A model generated the notes under the pieces. It did no database searches. It was not told where the DNA came from and saw nothing but the letters and a program-made list of their open reading frames with translations. Below, piece after piece: positions 14,566 through 27,989 of a DNA stretch of 64,000 bases. The stretch spans positions 38,378,001 through 38,442,000 of the forward strand of contig OX597832.1 in assembly GCA_951406725.2 (NCBI GenBank), given 5' to 3'. A program made the translations under genes and the position numbers. The DNA is from Octopus vulgaris. Taxonomy: Eukaryota. Position 1 is the stretch's first letter, and every line of letters begins with the position of its first letter.

Positions 14566-14822
14566 ATCCACGAATTTGATAATGATCTTTTCTACCATTC
14601 GCATAAGACCTAAAATTTTATACAAGGGAACTAGTCAGTTTCATCGATCTAATTTCTCAACTGGTATTTATTTTATCGAGTCCGAAATAATGAAAGGCGG
14701 AACATTGTTAATATTATTATTGACAGAATCATTAGCAGACCGGAGCAAATAGTGGCATTTCGTCCTTCTCCATGCTCAGTGTTCACACTCCACCGAGGTT
14801 GATTTTGCCTTTTTCATTCTCT

Positions 14823-15258
14823 AAGGTGGTGAGCAAGCGGAATAGTTAAGACGCCGAAATTAATGCTTTGCGAGATTTCGTCTATCTTTACGTTCTGAGT
14901 TCATATTCCGCTGAGGTCGACTTTGCCTTTCATCCTTTCAGGGTCCATAAAATAGGTACCAGATGAGTACAAGGGGTCGATGTAATCGACTAACCCCTCT
15001 CCGAAATTTCAGGCTTTGTGCCCTTAATAGAAATGATTATTATGGCGGCGAGCTGGCAGAATCGTTAGCACACCGGGCAAAAAGCTTAGCAGAATTTCGT
15101 TCACATCCACGTTCCGAGTTCAAATTCCACCGAGGTCGACTTTGCCTTTCATCCTTTCGGGGTCAATAAATTAAAAACCAGTGAAACACTAGGGCTGATG
15201 TAATCCACTAGTCCGCCGCCCCACAAAAATGTCAGGCCTTCAGCTTTTAGTAGAAAGT
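14823..15258 (+). mobile_element. Two tandem SINE family 1 copies (tail A)
   Basis: Heads at about 14823 and 15043, each with the central block and a CAGGC...TAGAAA tail. Confidence 0.85.
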
Positions 15259-15677
15259 ATTATTATTATAATTGTTGTTGTGTCTTCGTTGTTGTTGTTG
15301 TTGTTACGGTATAATGCGAGTAACTTGAGGGAGAGGTGGGTGATCGAGGATTATTTCAAAGGGACTCTTTCTATCAATTTGCTTTCTGCGCGGTTCTAGT
15401 TACACGGTATTTAAACCAGACTGGATTTGGGAACGGTCGCCATAAGAAGACAATCAACCAGCTTTTTTGCACATAGACGACCAAAGATGTGCAGAATTAA
15501 TGACGCCCAGTATGAAAACTGAATCAAGACTACATAGGATACTCGCTGTGAAAGGAAAGGGAATACTCTCCATGAATAGGGGCTGATTCACTTTTCCCCT
15601 ATCCTTTCCCAGTAGCTAACCTTCCTTGGTTTTATGTAGCAAAGTGGACTACGACGTCAGTTGCATTATAAACAAAA

Positions 15678-16064
15678 TTAGCAGTATAGCCCAGCGTTGC
15701 TCGGGGTTGTTTTCTTTTCGACCCTTTAGAATTGGAATTTTTGAAAAGTAAACATTTTGCATTATGTACCTTGTTATTCTTTTTAAGTGAACATTTTTCT
15801 GGCTGAAATACACCGAAAAATAGGACACAGCAGTAAAAAAATCGTAAAAAATAGGGATTTTCATGGAAAAAAAAGCAATTTTTGATGTAAATAATTTTTG
15901 GTGTTAACATGGTCTGATTCTTCTACAGAATGAAGAGTAAGCCTTCTTCTATCATACTTTCAATTTTGGTCAACTTGCGCCGCAGGGTCTCGGAAGAGAT
16001 AGTGCAAGTTGAAGGCTGCCAAACCTGCCATACACAGACAACTTCAGCTTTATATATAGAGAGA
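15678..16064 (-). mobile_element. Non-autonomous Helitron
   Basis: Minus strand starts TCTCTCTATATATAAAGCTGAAGTTG and ends CCCGAGCAACGCTGGGCTATACTGCTAA (subterminal hairpin plus CTRR), inserted between A and T. Termini are shared with 23815-24193. Confidence 0.7.
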
Positions 16065-16099
16065 TAAGAAAGACATTATTCTCTTGGAATATTTCTCTT

Positions 16100-16471
16100 C
16101 TGCTTTGTTTTATTTTAATTTCCTTAATCTCCAATGTCGAGTTGTATTTTTAAAGAGGGACCTAATCACTTTTTTGAGATATTGTAAAGTTCTGGGTGCC
16201 ACATGAATCACGAATGTGCGACAAAACCATATGCTTTTCGTCATCGGTCCATGTGAGGCATAAATTTGTCATTCTTTTTCTGTAATTCCTCAGAAGCATC
16301 TCATCTGTCAGTCATTGTTCTATTTTTTCGGTAATCTCTCAATTCCTCTCACCTGTTGATGGACGTCTTCTGCAATTATTCCCGTGAGGAGTTTCCACAT
16401 AATTAACAGACACGTAATTGGTCAGTAATTTCATTTTTAGAATTAGGCAGTTTTTTGCTAACCACCCTTGT
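16100..16471 (-). mobile_element. Highly decayed Tc1/mariner-like remnant
   Basis: TACAAGGGTGG terminus resembles a TA+CAGGGTG end. Traces of RRPST and WTDDE...GTQN motifs on the minus strand. Confidence 0.3.
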
Positions 16472-16679
16472 ACTTCCCTCGTTGATGTGCAGTCATTTAA
16501 ATGCATAACTAAGGTTGCAGGAAATATAAGCCCTTTCAGTCAGTGACCAATAGACAAGATCCGGACCAGCGGCTTTACTACTCTCTAATATATTTCTTAA
16601 TTGGTTTTTAATATTTGCTTTCATGATGTACCTGAACATTTTCAATATTATTTTACCCCTTACTTTATCCACTGCGCAG

Positions 16680-17070
16680 GAGAATCGTTAGCAAGCTGGA
16701 AAAAATACTTAACGGCATCCCATCCGCTTTACGTTCTGAGTTCAAATTCAGCCGAAGTCGTCTTTACTTTTCATCCTTTCAGAGTCGATAAAATAAGTAC
16801 CAGTTGAGTACTGGGGTTTTTGTAATCAACTTATTCCCACCCCGGATCTTGCTATCCCATTATTACTGTTTCACGAGGTGGAGGAACTAGCAGAATCCTT
16901 AGCGCATCGGACAAAATGCTTGGCGGCATTTCTTCCGGCTCTTTACATTCCGATCTCGAATCTTTCGGGGTCAACTTTCTTTTTCATCTTTTAGGGGTCG
17001 ATAAAATAAAATATCAGCTAAGAACTGGAATCGACGCAACCGACTAAACCTCTCCTTAAAATTGCTCTGA
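16680..17070 (+). mobile_element. Two degenerate SINE family 1 copies
   Basis: AGAATCGTTAGC...GAGTTCAAATTC...GTCGATAAAATAAGTACC pattern occurs twice. Confidence 0.8.
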
Positions 17071-17079
17071 TAACAGTAT

Positions 17080-17520
17080 TTTAAACAATTAATCCTCCAT
17101 CAAAATAGCTTTTTTTTTTTTGCAGTCCTCGGTTTTATATTGTCATTTCTCTCATTTTGCTTAAGAAAATAGCTGCAACTGGTTTGACTGCAAATGGAAA
17201 TTTGCCTATATTTATTGTTTCTTTCTTTGAAATTAATTTTGACAGCTTTTACCTTGAATTTCTCCTTTAATTCTTCGAGCGTTGTTCCAGTTCTTCTTTC
17301 TTTCTTTCTTCCTTTCTTTTTTCTCTTACATGATAGTTTCTTCAAATCTGCTTTCCCCTTTCTTAAATTACTTAAATTTACTCGGCTTCCATTAGCTATG
17401 GCCAACTTATCTTCCTTTGTATTCACCTTTTCCACTAGTGTGCCTACAAGTCTTAAAAAAAATTATTTTTTTTTTGTATTTCCATTTTCCTCAACAATTC
17501 TTCAACTGAATCAGCACTAG
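17080..17520 (-). pseudogene. Decayed R4/Dong-clade non-LTR retrotransposon ORF fragment (pre-RT region)
   Basis: TLEELKEKFKVKAVKINFKERNNKYRQ resembles the recalled R4/Dong motif EELKQRL.AKA.KI.RY..R..QYRQN. Confidence 0.55.
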
Positions 17521-17599
17521 CTAGTATCACTTACGTTCTGGGTTCAAATTCTGCTATGGTTGAGTTTGGCTTTAATCATTTCGGTGTCGATAAAATACT

Positions 17600-17998
17600 C
17601 TTTTCTACTATAGGCACAAGGCCTGGATTTTGTGGAGAGGAGGAATAGTCGATCTCATCGACCGCAGTATTCAACTGGTACTTTATTTATCGACCCCGAA
17701 GGGATGAAAGGCAAAGTCGACCTCGGCGGAATTTGAACTCAGAACGTAGCGGCAGGCGAAATACCTATTTCTTTACTACCCACAAGGGGCTAAACACAGA
17801 GGGGACAAACAAGGACAAGCAAACGGATTAAGTCGATTATATCGACCCCAGAGCGCAACTGGTACCTATTTAATCGACCCCGAAAGAATGAAAGGTAAAG
17901 TCGACCTCGGCGGAATTTGAACTCAGAACGTAACGTCAGACGAAATACTGCTAGGCATTTCGCCCGGCGTGCTAACGATTCTGCCAGCTCGCCGCCTT
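17600..17998 (-). mobile_element. SINE family 1 dimer nested in an older plus-strand family 1 copy
   Basis: Junction at 17764/17765. Flanks GGTGTCGATAAAATACT and GGGGTTGATAAAAGACT are an imperfect TSD within the host copy's central block (host about 17530-18040). Confidence 0.85.
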
Positions 17999-18243
17999 GG
18001 GGTTGATAAAAGACTACCAGTGGAGTACAGGTGTCAATGTTTTCTAACCATTCATATTGTTTGCTTTCGGTGTTCTCTAGTAACCCCAGTTCGATCCCAA
18101 TGTCCTCCCTCTAATTAACAAATTGTCAAGCCTCCAGTTTCTGCCTATATTTTCGAAGGGTGCCTCGTTGATCATCATCAAGGTTATCCACATCGATCTT
18201 TCGAGTATTTTTGATGATCGCTGTTCACCATGATGCCGCTGTT

Positions 18244-18563
18244 GCTTCTTCTTCTTCTTCTTCTTCTTGTTCTTGTTCTTCTTCTTCTTCTTCTCCTTCT
18301 TCTTCTTCTTCTTCTCCTTCTTCTTCTTCTTCTTCTTCTTCTTCTTCTTGTTCTTCTTCTTGTTCTTGTTCTTCTTCTTGTTCTTCTTCTTCTTCTTGTT
18401 CTTCTTCTTCTTCTTCTTTTTCTTCTTCTTCTTCTCCTTCTTCTTCTTCTCCTTCTTGTTGTTGTTGTTCTTCTTCTTGTCCTTCTTGTTCTTCTTCTTC
18501 TTCTTCTTCTTCTTCTTCTTCTTCTTTCTTCTTCTTCTTCTTCTTCTTTTTCTTCTTCTTCTT
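18244..18563. repeat. (CTT)n microsatellite with GTT/CCT variants
   Basis: Direct reading. Confidence 0.97.
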
Positions 18564-19030
18564 CCAATCAGGACTCACGCCATTATCCACAAAGAATAAT
18601 CTCTAATTCGAGCCTACTCTAAGCTACTAAGAATGCGTGTGGCAACTTGAAGATCCACCCACCACACGGTTGACTTTACATTTAATCATTTCTGAGTCTA
18701 TAAAATACTATCAGGGGACAATGTAATCGACTAACCTCCTCATCCAAGATTTCAGGCTCAGTACCTATAGTAGAAAAGAATCTTTATTCTTTTTTTTTTC
18801 TTGCGGTGTCAGGAACACGTGATAAAAATGACGTCATTATGCATTTTGTCCGTCCTTTCATACGTTCAGAAATTGCTAATTGTTGAATCTTCTTTTATAT
18901 ACACTTTTTTAAGTCAACCAGAACGACCTTTTGTTCTGGTTGATTGGGCTTTTTCCTTTTTTATTTTCCTTCTCGTCCTATGGGGGCTCAGATTTGTTAG
19001 AAAGACTTTCAAATTTTGTTTTGGAAAACA

Positions 19031-19189
19031 CAGGAGTGGCTGTGTGGTAAGTAGCTTGCTTACCAACCACATGGTTCCGGGTTCAGTCCCACTGCATGGC
19101 ACCTTGGGCAAGTGATTTCTGCTATAGCCTCGGGCCGACCAAAGCCTTGTGAGTGGATTTGGTAGACAGAAACTGAAAGAAGCCCTGTC

Positions 19190-19257
<68 letters not shown>

Positions 19258-19465
19258 GCGTGTATGTTTGTGTGTCTGTGTTTGTCCCCCCAGCATTGCT
19301 TGACAACCGATGCTGGTGTGTTTATGTCCCCGCCACTTAGCGGTTCGGCAAAAGAGACCGATAGAATAAGTACTGGGCTTACAAAGAATAAGTCCCGGTG
19401 TCGAGTTGCTAGATTAAAGGCGGTACTCCAGCATGGCCGCAATCAAAATGACTGAAACAAGTAGG
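19031..19465 (+). mobile_element. tRNA-derived SINE family 2, full length, with internal (TA)n
   Basis: A-box GTGGCTGTGTGGTAAG, B-box GGGTTCAGTCCC, CORE-like CCTTGGGCAAGTG, tail CAGCATGGCCGCA...ATGACTGAAACAAGTA. More than 10 related copies or fragments. Confidence 0.9.
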
Positions 19466-20221
19466 AAAAAAAAAAGGAAAAAATATCTTATAAATATAGC
19501 ATCACCTTCCACGTCTGCCAACTGAAGGGACGGGTGGGAGGTGACTCACCAAATCCTGTGCAGTTCGTGGAAGGAAAAGAAAATGGTTTTCAAGCGTCCA
19601 AAGTTCAAAGTCTAAACACTTTATACTCTTTGCTGTTACGACAAACAACAGTCTCAGGAATAACGACAGCAACAACAACAAACAAACAAACAAGGCCAAC
19701 AACAATGCCAAAGACTTTAACAAAAGCAACAACAACCGCAGCAATGCCAGCAAAGATGTTATTATGTTCATGAAAGGCGGAGGAGGGGGGAGCTGTATTT
19801 TCATCGATGACAGTTCAGAGGTCATAAACTTCACGTTTGCTATAACGGCAATTGACAGTAATAGGAAAAAACATCAACAATAGCAGCAAGAACAACAACA
19901 TTAACAAAAGGGTAAAATAGCAACAGCAACGAGAACAGCCAAAACCACTTCTTTTGCTGAGATTACCAAAGCTTTCGAATTTTCCTCACTCGACAAAAGG
20001 CATCAGGATTTAGAAGAGACGGAGAAACTGATCAACAAGCAGGAACAGTGAAAGCTCATTATACTGTGACACCTTTACCAAACAGAATGGAAAACAAGTC
20101 TCTGTAGATGCGCATCGACGAAAAGACACTCGTTAGAGCGTAAAAGTTCACACCAAACTGAACTCTGTTTAAGAAACATGTGACAAGATATAAGTTTTGT
20201 GGGGCATGCTCTTAAGTTCGA

Positions 20222-20257
<36 letters not shown>

Positions 20258-20990
20258 GTATCTGGATGGATGGATGGATGGATGGATGGATGGAGAGAGG
20301 GAGGGAGGGAGGGGGAGGGGGGGGGAGGGATGGAACAGTACCCGAACAATAAATGGGCTCAAATGTAGAATGTGGGCGAACTGACATGGCTCTTCGTCGG
20401 CAACAATGTTACTGGTAAACATAGGATGGCTTGTAGGTGTTAATAAACTTAGTTACCGTGAGCAGTGGAACAATATGACGTATCGGACTAAATTATTTCG
20501 ATGAGATGGTCATGTAATGATGGTTGTTACTACTCTTACTCCTCGTGGGTAAGAAGATTTATTCATAGCTAAATTCAATAACTAGTCGGGTTCGTTCTAT
20601 AGAAGCAGGTCGTATGATGAAAAATATACCCCAGATATACCCATCTCGTTTATTAGGACCATCAAAAACTCTGCCGGTACGCTACTACGGAAGTTCGCAG
20701 TCCGTTGCTGCCCTGCCCTGTTAACTGACGTCGTCCCGAGAACGTCGTGTCTTCCGCGATCGATCGCCCGTTTTTTAAAAGTTTGTTTTGAGTGTCGGAC
20801 AAAATTGTTTCCCGTATTTGTTCTGCTCTTTATGTTTTACGTTCAAATCACGCAGATATCAGCTTTACTTTTTATTCTTTAAGTGACGCTGAATGAAGTA
20901 TATGTCCAAGGTAGCGGACTGGCGTAATTGTTTGAGTGCTGTATAAGATGCTCTATGCGGTCTATTTGTGAGCTGAGTTCAAAACTGTAC

Positions 20991-21111
20991 CTCTTAACAT
21001 TAGTCTCTTCGTGGCGAGAAACAAGCCCTCCGGGAACAGGATATGCATCGGCCGTCGATGCCAGAAGGAGTAGGGCGTCGGTTGGAGAAACAGCAGGTGG
21101 ATGAGCGGACC
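20991..21111 (-). CDS. Candidate 121-nt exon of an unidentified gene
   Basis: Strong acceptor (CT)n-TTTCTTCTAG|G, plausible donor AAGAG|GTACAG, GC/CpG-rich unique sequence. Two frames are open (GSAHPPAVSPTDALLLLASTADAYPVPGGLVSRHEETNVKR; GPLIHLLFLQPTPYSFWHRRPMHILFPEGLFLATKRLMLR). No homolog recognised. Confidence 0.35.
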
Positions 21112-21115
21112 CTAG

Positions 21116-21154
<39 letters not shown>

Positions 21155-22038
21155 TGAGGGAGAGAGATTTATCGATACAAAAAAATTTAGAATCATTTTA
21201 AAACAAATAATAACTTTAGTGATGAGGCTGAGAGATTTCAAAACGAAACGAATACTTAATTAAACAGAAGGATTGGTATCTCCTGTGTTATTTATGTGGC
21301 GGGTTTGAATTATTTTAGAATCTGAGAGGAAAGAAAATCGCCACAAGACTTTTTCCAATCTTTAATGAAGCAAGTTAATTAAGGTGAGGTACACTCAAAA
21401 CGTTTAGCTTTGGGATTAATTACTATATACTTGTTTTTTTGTATTGTTTCAATAATTTAATATTTTCATGGTTCTATTAAGATAAACTTGTTTTCCAAAC
21501 ATTTCTAATTGCATCTCTATTTTGAGTTTAAGAATGGGAAAAAAAGAATTACATCATGTTCCTTAATCAAGGGTAGCCTTTTTGTTTATGTTGTTTTATT
21601 TGTTGTTTATTTAAAAGTTAAGTCTTTGAGATCAAATACGCTCAAGTTGCGACTCTATCGTCTTTTTAAAACTATCTCAAACTCCATCAACTCATTTGAC
21701 ATTTTCGATATTATTTCGACTAAGTCGAGATCCTACGCTGAAGCTTCATTCATAATACTCAGCAGATTGAGAGCTTAGCTGCGGTGGTAGCAGCCATTTT
21801 AACAAAAGTGCCAAGCAACGGAATCGAAACCGGAACAGTGGAGTTTCTAAGCGAGCTGACTGCTATGCTTGCGCCTATGTGTTATATGTATACATAGGGA
21901 GAGTGCAAGTGTGTGTACGTATAAGCACACACACATGCACACACACACACATATATATATACATGTGTGTATATGTTTGTATGTGTGTGTGTATAAAATT
22001 ATATATATATATATTTATATATATATAAATATATATAA

Positions 22039-22069
<31 letters not shown>

Positions 22070-22091
22070 TATATAAATGTATATATATACT

Positions 22092-22122
<31 letters not shown>

Positions 22123-22136
22123 AATGTATATATATA

Positions 22137-22269
<133 letters not shown>

Positions 22270-22272
22270 TAC

Positions 22273-22307
<35 letters not shown>

Positions 22308-22618
22308 TGTACATATATACGTGTGTACATATCTGTGGGTATTATGTAGGTATGTATGAAGCTCACATTTGGCTTTGTGTATGTTTGCGTTGATAGGAAG
22401 GTAATAAATAATGTGTAGAAAAGTGTAGCGTCATAAAGTGTGGTTAATATCTCTAGCAGAAGCGAGGGGCAGACAACCGTAACTGGAACTGGTTGATGTA
22501 ACAAAGACAGACCATATGGACTAAAGATTGGGAGAGAGGGAGAGAGGGGGAGAGAGAGTTTGTGTATGCGGGTGTACGCATAAAATCATGTGTGCGTGTG
22601 TGTATGTATGGGTATGTT

Positions 22619-22712
<94 letters not shown>

Positions 22713-22758
22713 ATGAGGTATATATAAATATATATATAGAGAGAGAAAGATAGATATA

Positions 22759-22793
<35 letters not shown>

Positions 22794-22829
22794 TCATATT
22801 GGTATGCAAACATATGCACTCTCTTTCTA

Positions 22830-22990
22830 CTCTGGTATTGAGCAGAATATTTACTGTAGCCCATCTTTTATACCAAGACAAAACAATGTACATGATAACA
22901 CTTCCAATCAGTTAAGAACAGAAGCCACGAGGGCCACTGCCTGGTACTGCATCAGGGCATCGAGCCACTGCCTGGTACTGTATCGGGGCA
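22830..22990 (-). mobile_element. Upstream part of the (TAA)n-embedded element, with a 28-bp terminal duplication
   Basis: Overlaps 5750-5781 (GGTATTGAGCAGAATATTT.CTGTAGCCCAT). GCCACTGCCTGGTACTG.ATC.GGGCAT occurs twice, followed by (ATT)n. Confidence 0.65.
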
Positions 22991-23061
22991 TTATTATTAT
23001 CATTATTATTATTATTATTATTGCTGTCGTTGTTGATGTTGCTCATATACATACTTACTTG

Positions 23062-23710
23062 TTTCCCACCCACATGGTTCCGGGTTCAGTCCCACTGCGT
23101 GACAACTTGGGCAAGTGTCTTGTACTGTAGCCTCGGGCCGACCAAAGCCTTGTTAGTGAATTTGGTAGACGGAAACTGAAAGAAGCCCGCCGTACACACA
23201 TACACACAGACGTGTGTGTGTGTTTGTGTTAATAGTAGATATTAACAGAAATTATGTTAATATTTTCCATTAACACAGACACACTTAACATTAACATAGG
23301 ATGCAAGTATGACTGTATAGTAAGAAGCTTGCTTCCCATCTACATGGTTCGGGTTTCAATCCTACTGTACGGCACTTTGGACTAGTGACTTCTACTTTAA
23401 CGTCAGGCCGACCAACTGAAGTATGGAAACCGAAAGAAGCCTGTAGTATATGTAGTATATACGTAGTATGTAGTATATACGTATATGTTTGTGTGTGTGT
23501 GCATGTGTGTGTGTTTGTATCTGTTTTCTGTGCTCTCCGCTTTTTGACAACTAGTGTTGGTAAGTTTGCCTCCCGTAACTTAGGGGTTCGGCTTAAGAGA
23601 CTGATAGAATAAGTACCAGCCTTTGATAAGTACCGGGGTGGATTCATTGGACTGAAAATTCTTCAGGGTTTTGCACCGTCATGGCCGCAGTCTAATGACT
23701 GAAAAAATAA
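23062..23710 (+). mobile_element. SINE family 2: a partial copy (23062-23192) and a degenerate full copy (23310-23710)
   Basis: Homology to 19031-19465. Confidence 0.8.
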
Positions 23711-23814
23711 ATGATAAAAGTTCAATTCTTAAAGAATAATGGATCAGTGGTAATCAATAATGTCTATGATTAATATCATTCCAGTCGCAAGTATCTCAAC
23801 TTTGATTTAGATAT

Positions 23815-24193
23815 GATATATATAAAAGTGAAGTTGTGTGAGTGTCTGTCTCCTACGATTTAGATTCCTAACTACTCCCACATTTTGCGGTGCAGTTTAA
23901 CCAAAACCGGGTATCTTATAGTCTGGGTATTAGCGCGCGTCTAAGATGAGTCTACGATTTAAAAAAAAAATTACCATCATTTTTTTCCATTTTAATGCAT
24001 TTTTTCGCTATTATATAAGGGAAGTAACTCTCTAAAAATGTCTACGATGAGTCAACGATTTTTAAAAAAATTTACCATAATTTTTTTTCCATTTTTGATG
24101 CATTTTTTTGCTATTTTCTGTTTATAACTCTCTAAAAATGCTTATATAGTTATTTCCCTTACAAACCCGAGCAACGCCGGGCGATACTGCTAG
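23815..24193 (+). mobile_element. Non-autonomous Helitron
   Basis: 5' TATATATAAAAGTGAAGTTG; 3' hairpin CCCG-AGCAACGC-CGGG (24166-24181), then CTAG (24190-24193) followed by T. Internal duplication of GATGAGTC.ACGATTT...TTACCAT. Confidence 0.75.
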
Positions 24194-24196
24194 TGA

Positions 24197-24400
24197 TATA
24201 TAAAGGGAAAGTTTACGAAAATAAACAAAGGATGAAGGCAAGTGGTGTACAAACGAACAAATGTATTAGTATAGCGCTCAGGAATAGAAAAAGTCTTTTA
24301 CGTTTCGAGCCTACGCTCTTCTACAGAAAGATACACAGAAAAAAACAAAGGGAGAAACAAGGAGAAAAAAATGTGTGTAGTAGCTAACGATCTATCATGG
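24197..24400 (-). mobile_element. P-family element (P2) with hammerhead-like motif at 24294-24331
   Basis: Minus strand reads TCTTT-CTGTAGA-A-GAGC-gtag-GCTC-GAA-ACGT-A-AAAGA (5-bp stem I). Closely similar to 34228-34420. Confidence 0.7.
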
Positions 24401-24719
24401 CGCAACGTGACCTTCCTTTTTGAGAAGCGAATGCAATAGAAGTGCGAATATAATTCTACCTTGAGTCGACTGTGGTAACATATAGGTTAAAGCAATAACA
24501 TGGAGCTTGTTCGAGAAACTTAGACTAAATAGGTTTTTAGAAAACGTGTAGTAAGAAAACTATTGGACTTATATAATATTTATTTGAGATTAAGGTCACA
24601 CTGCTTGCATAATTTAATAATCTGTTATTTATAGTTATACTTGGGGATTGTTATGTTTTGCTAATTAAACACAAGCACTATATATTTGGTTTTCATTTCA
24701 GCTTTATTATTATTGTTGA

Positions 24720-24818
<99 letters not shown>

Positions 24819-25108
24819 TATTATCAAAGAATAAAAAGTTTTAAATGGTACAATGATCCACTATAATACAGACAATGGGCTATGTACCTGTTGTAATTTA
24901 GCCATCCATAGTCTGATGTGGTCGTGGTGGCGGTGGTGGTGGTGGTGGTGGTGGTGGTGGTGGTGATGTTCTTGAGTAGGGTACTGCCACTGGTTTATCG
25001 ATCCATCTTTAAATATTTCCTCTGAAACACACACCGAAACAACCCCGAAACATTTTCTCAATTGTGCAGAATACTGCTTCCATCTTATAAATATTTCTCT
25101 CTGTCGCC

Positions 25109-25169
<61 letters not shown>

Positions 25170-25810
25170 TCTGTATGTGCATGCATACATACAGACATAT
25201 ATATAAATTCTCATACAGACATATATATAAATTCTCATTTGTACATAGGTGCATAAGGTTATGTACCAGCAAATTTGCACAAAAACCTAGAAATACTCGG
25301 CTTCACGGAGAAAGAACAAAAGAAACTAACGCAAATTCCCCCAGTCTAATCTATTAGTGGCATAGTGAAGTCGTGTAAGACATTCCAAAAATTCTTCATC
25401 TGAGATTCTTATGTGAATAGATGCACACAGGTGCGTGTAACAACTGTTAACTAACACACCAAATCAACCACACATTTAGAAACACTGGGAAATCCCTTAA
25501 CTCAAAACGTCTTGTCGCTTTGTTAGCGAACGGTTTGAACTCACTTAAAAACTTAAATAAAACACTTAGAAAAAACATAATATATATATGGAGAGAGGGA
25601 TCGATAGCTAGACAGATGGGTAGATAGGTAGATAGATAGATAAACAGAAAGAAAGATAGATAGATAGATAGGTAAATAGCTAGCTAGCTAGCTAGATAGA
25701 TAGACAGACAGACATATATATATATATATATATATTAAATTAGAGATAAAACCACTATTATTGGTTTTACTCTATCTTATATCAAACTTTAGTGGTTTTA
25801 CTCTTTATCT

Positions 25811-25842
<32 letters not shown>

Positions 25843-25884
25843 CATACAAACATATATATATATATGTATATATATATATGTATG

Positions 25885-25934
<50 letters not shown>

Positions 25935-25941
25935 GAGAGAG

Positions 25942-26034
<93 letters not shown>

Positions 26035-26298
26035 TGTATGAATGTATGTATATCCCACCTCACCCCGTTCTAACACACTCTCACTTTTCACTTCAACATA
26101 GAAATCAGCTGAGGTTTCGGTTGTTAAATAATTTTGATTTCGAAATTATTTACATTGGATAACATAGACACACGCATACATACGCACATACGTATATGCA
26201 TAAATATATATATATGAATATATATGTGCACATAAATCCATAAATATGTATTATATATATATATATATATATATATAACATATATACGTACATATGTT

Positions 26299-26372
<74 letters not shown>

Positions 26373-27034
26373 TGTATGTATGTATGTATGTATGTGCATA
26401 CACGCATGTATGTATGCTTGTGCGTCTGTCCATATATATATGTATCTATTTATATTCATATACATATGTGCGTGTGTGTTTTATACACACACTCACACAC
26501 ATATACTCAAAGTATTGTGCATACATATACACATATTTACGTTCATCCATCCATATACACTCAGACATACGTACGTCTATACATAGATTCGTACATACAT
26601 ATATACATATATATATCTACATACATATTGTGCTATATCGGATCACTTGTCGGTATTCGGTGATTAGGGGAAGCGATTAAACCCATTTTCTTTGAATTAA
26701 AAAAACTTTAAGATTAAGTTTTCTTAATCAAACGCTCCATTACCAAAATGTATGAGCGGAACCGTCCTTTTTTCCATTGATACTGCTGATATAGACCATA
26801 GTCTTACACATACATTTGCTTACACAGGAACACGAACGCACACACATATACACACACACACACACAGGCATACGCACAACCATACAGACACTAACCTACA
26901 GCTCTCGACACACATACATACATACAAACACATTTTTCTCTTATAAAGATACTTTATATTTCCTGATTATATTTTGCCGTATTATGAAAATATTAAATAA
27001 ATGTGTGTGTGTTGTGTATTTATGTATATGTATG

Positions 27035-27085
<51 letters not shown>

Positions 27086-27531
27086 GTATTTGTGTATATA
27101 TATATACATATATGTATATGTGTATATATGTACGTATATGTGTATATATATATATGTGTGTGTATGCGTGTGTATGTGCATGTTTCTGTGTATGCATGAG
27201 TGCATGTAGGTGTATTTGAGTATGTGCGCGCGCATGTGTGTTCGCGCTTCTGTGGTTACGTTTATTGAGACTGCTAAGGTTTTCCTTGGTAAGGAAACCG
27301 ATTTTCATCGAGCAATAGAATTTCTGTACCACGTAGTCACATCCCATCATTGAACTGCAGCAAAAGGCCGTGTATGGTCAGAAATGGTGGACGAGCCCTT
27401 CCCTATACGCTAGCAAAGAACTGAAGTCATTTTTGGCCATATATGGCTTATTTAACATAAGTCACATGATATACTATGATTTTTTCTTCTATAAGTGAAT
27501 AATAAAATCAATATTATTGCTGTCTTCGGTA

Positions 27532-27898
27532 AAAGCAGTGAACTGGTGGAATCGTTAACGTGCAGGGCGAAATGCGTAGCCGTATTTCGCCTGTCGCTAC
27601 GTTCTGAGTTCAAATTCCGCCGAGGTCGACTTTGCCTTTCATCCTTTCGGGGTCGATAAATTAAGTACCAGTTACTCACTGGGGTAGATGTAATCGACTT
27701 AATACCTATGTCTGTCCTTGTTCGTCCACTCTGTGTTTAGCCCCTTGTGGGTAGTAAAGAAATAGGTATTTCGCACGTCGCTACGTTCTGAGTTCAAATT
27801 CCGCCGATGTCGATTTTGCCTCTCATGCCATTGGGGTCGATATAGTCGACTAATCCCCACTCAACCAATATGAAGTCTTGTACCTTCAGTTGAAAGGA
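27532..27898 (+). mobile_element. SINE family 1 dimer
   Basis: Junction AAAGAAATAG|GTATTTCG at 27765/27766. TSD CTGTCTTCGGTA on both sides (about 27520 and 27905). Confidence 0.9.
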
Positions 27899-27989
27899 TT
27901 GCTACTGTCTTCGGTACAGAATTGAGTAATTATTTTTAAATGTAATGCAACTGATGCAAGATCGAATTCATCTGAAGTTCTTAATATTC

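Noticed and set aside
19502-20050. Moderately complex ORF-like stretch
   Set aside because: ORFs are short, driven by CAA repeats and interrupted by stops; no convincing splice pair or homology.
22900-22960. Possible HDV-like ribozyme at the end of the TAA-embedded element (CCCTCGTGG)
   Set aside because: P1 and P3 pairings could not be built by hand.
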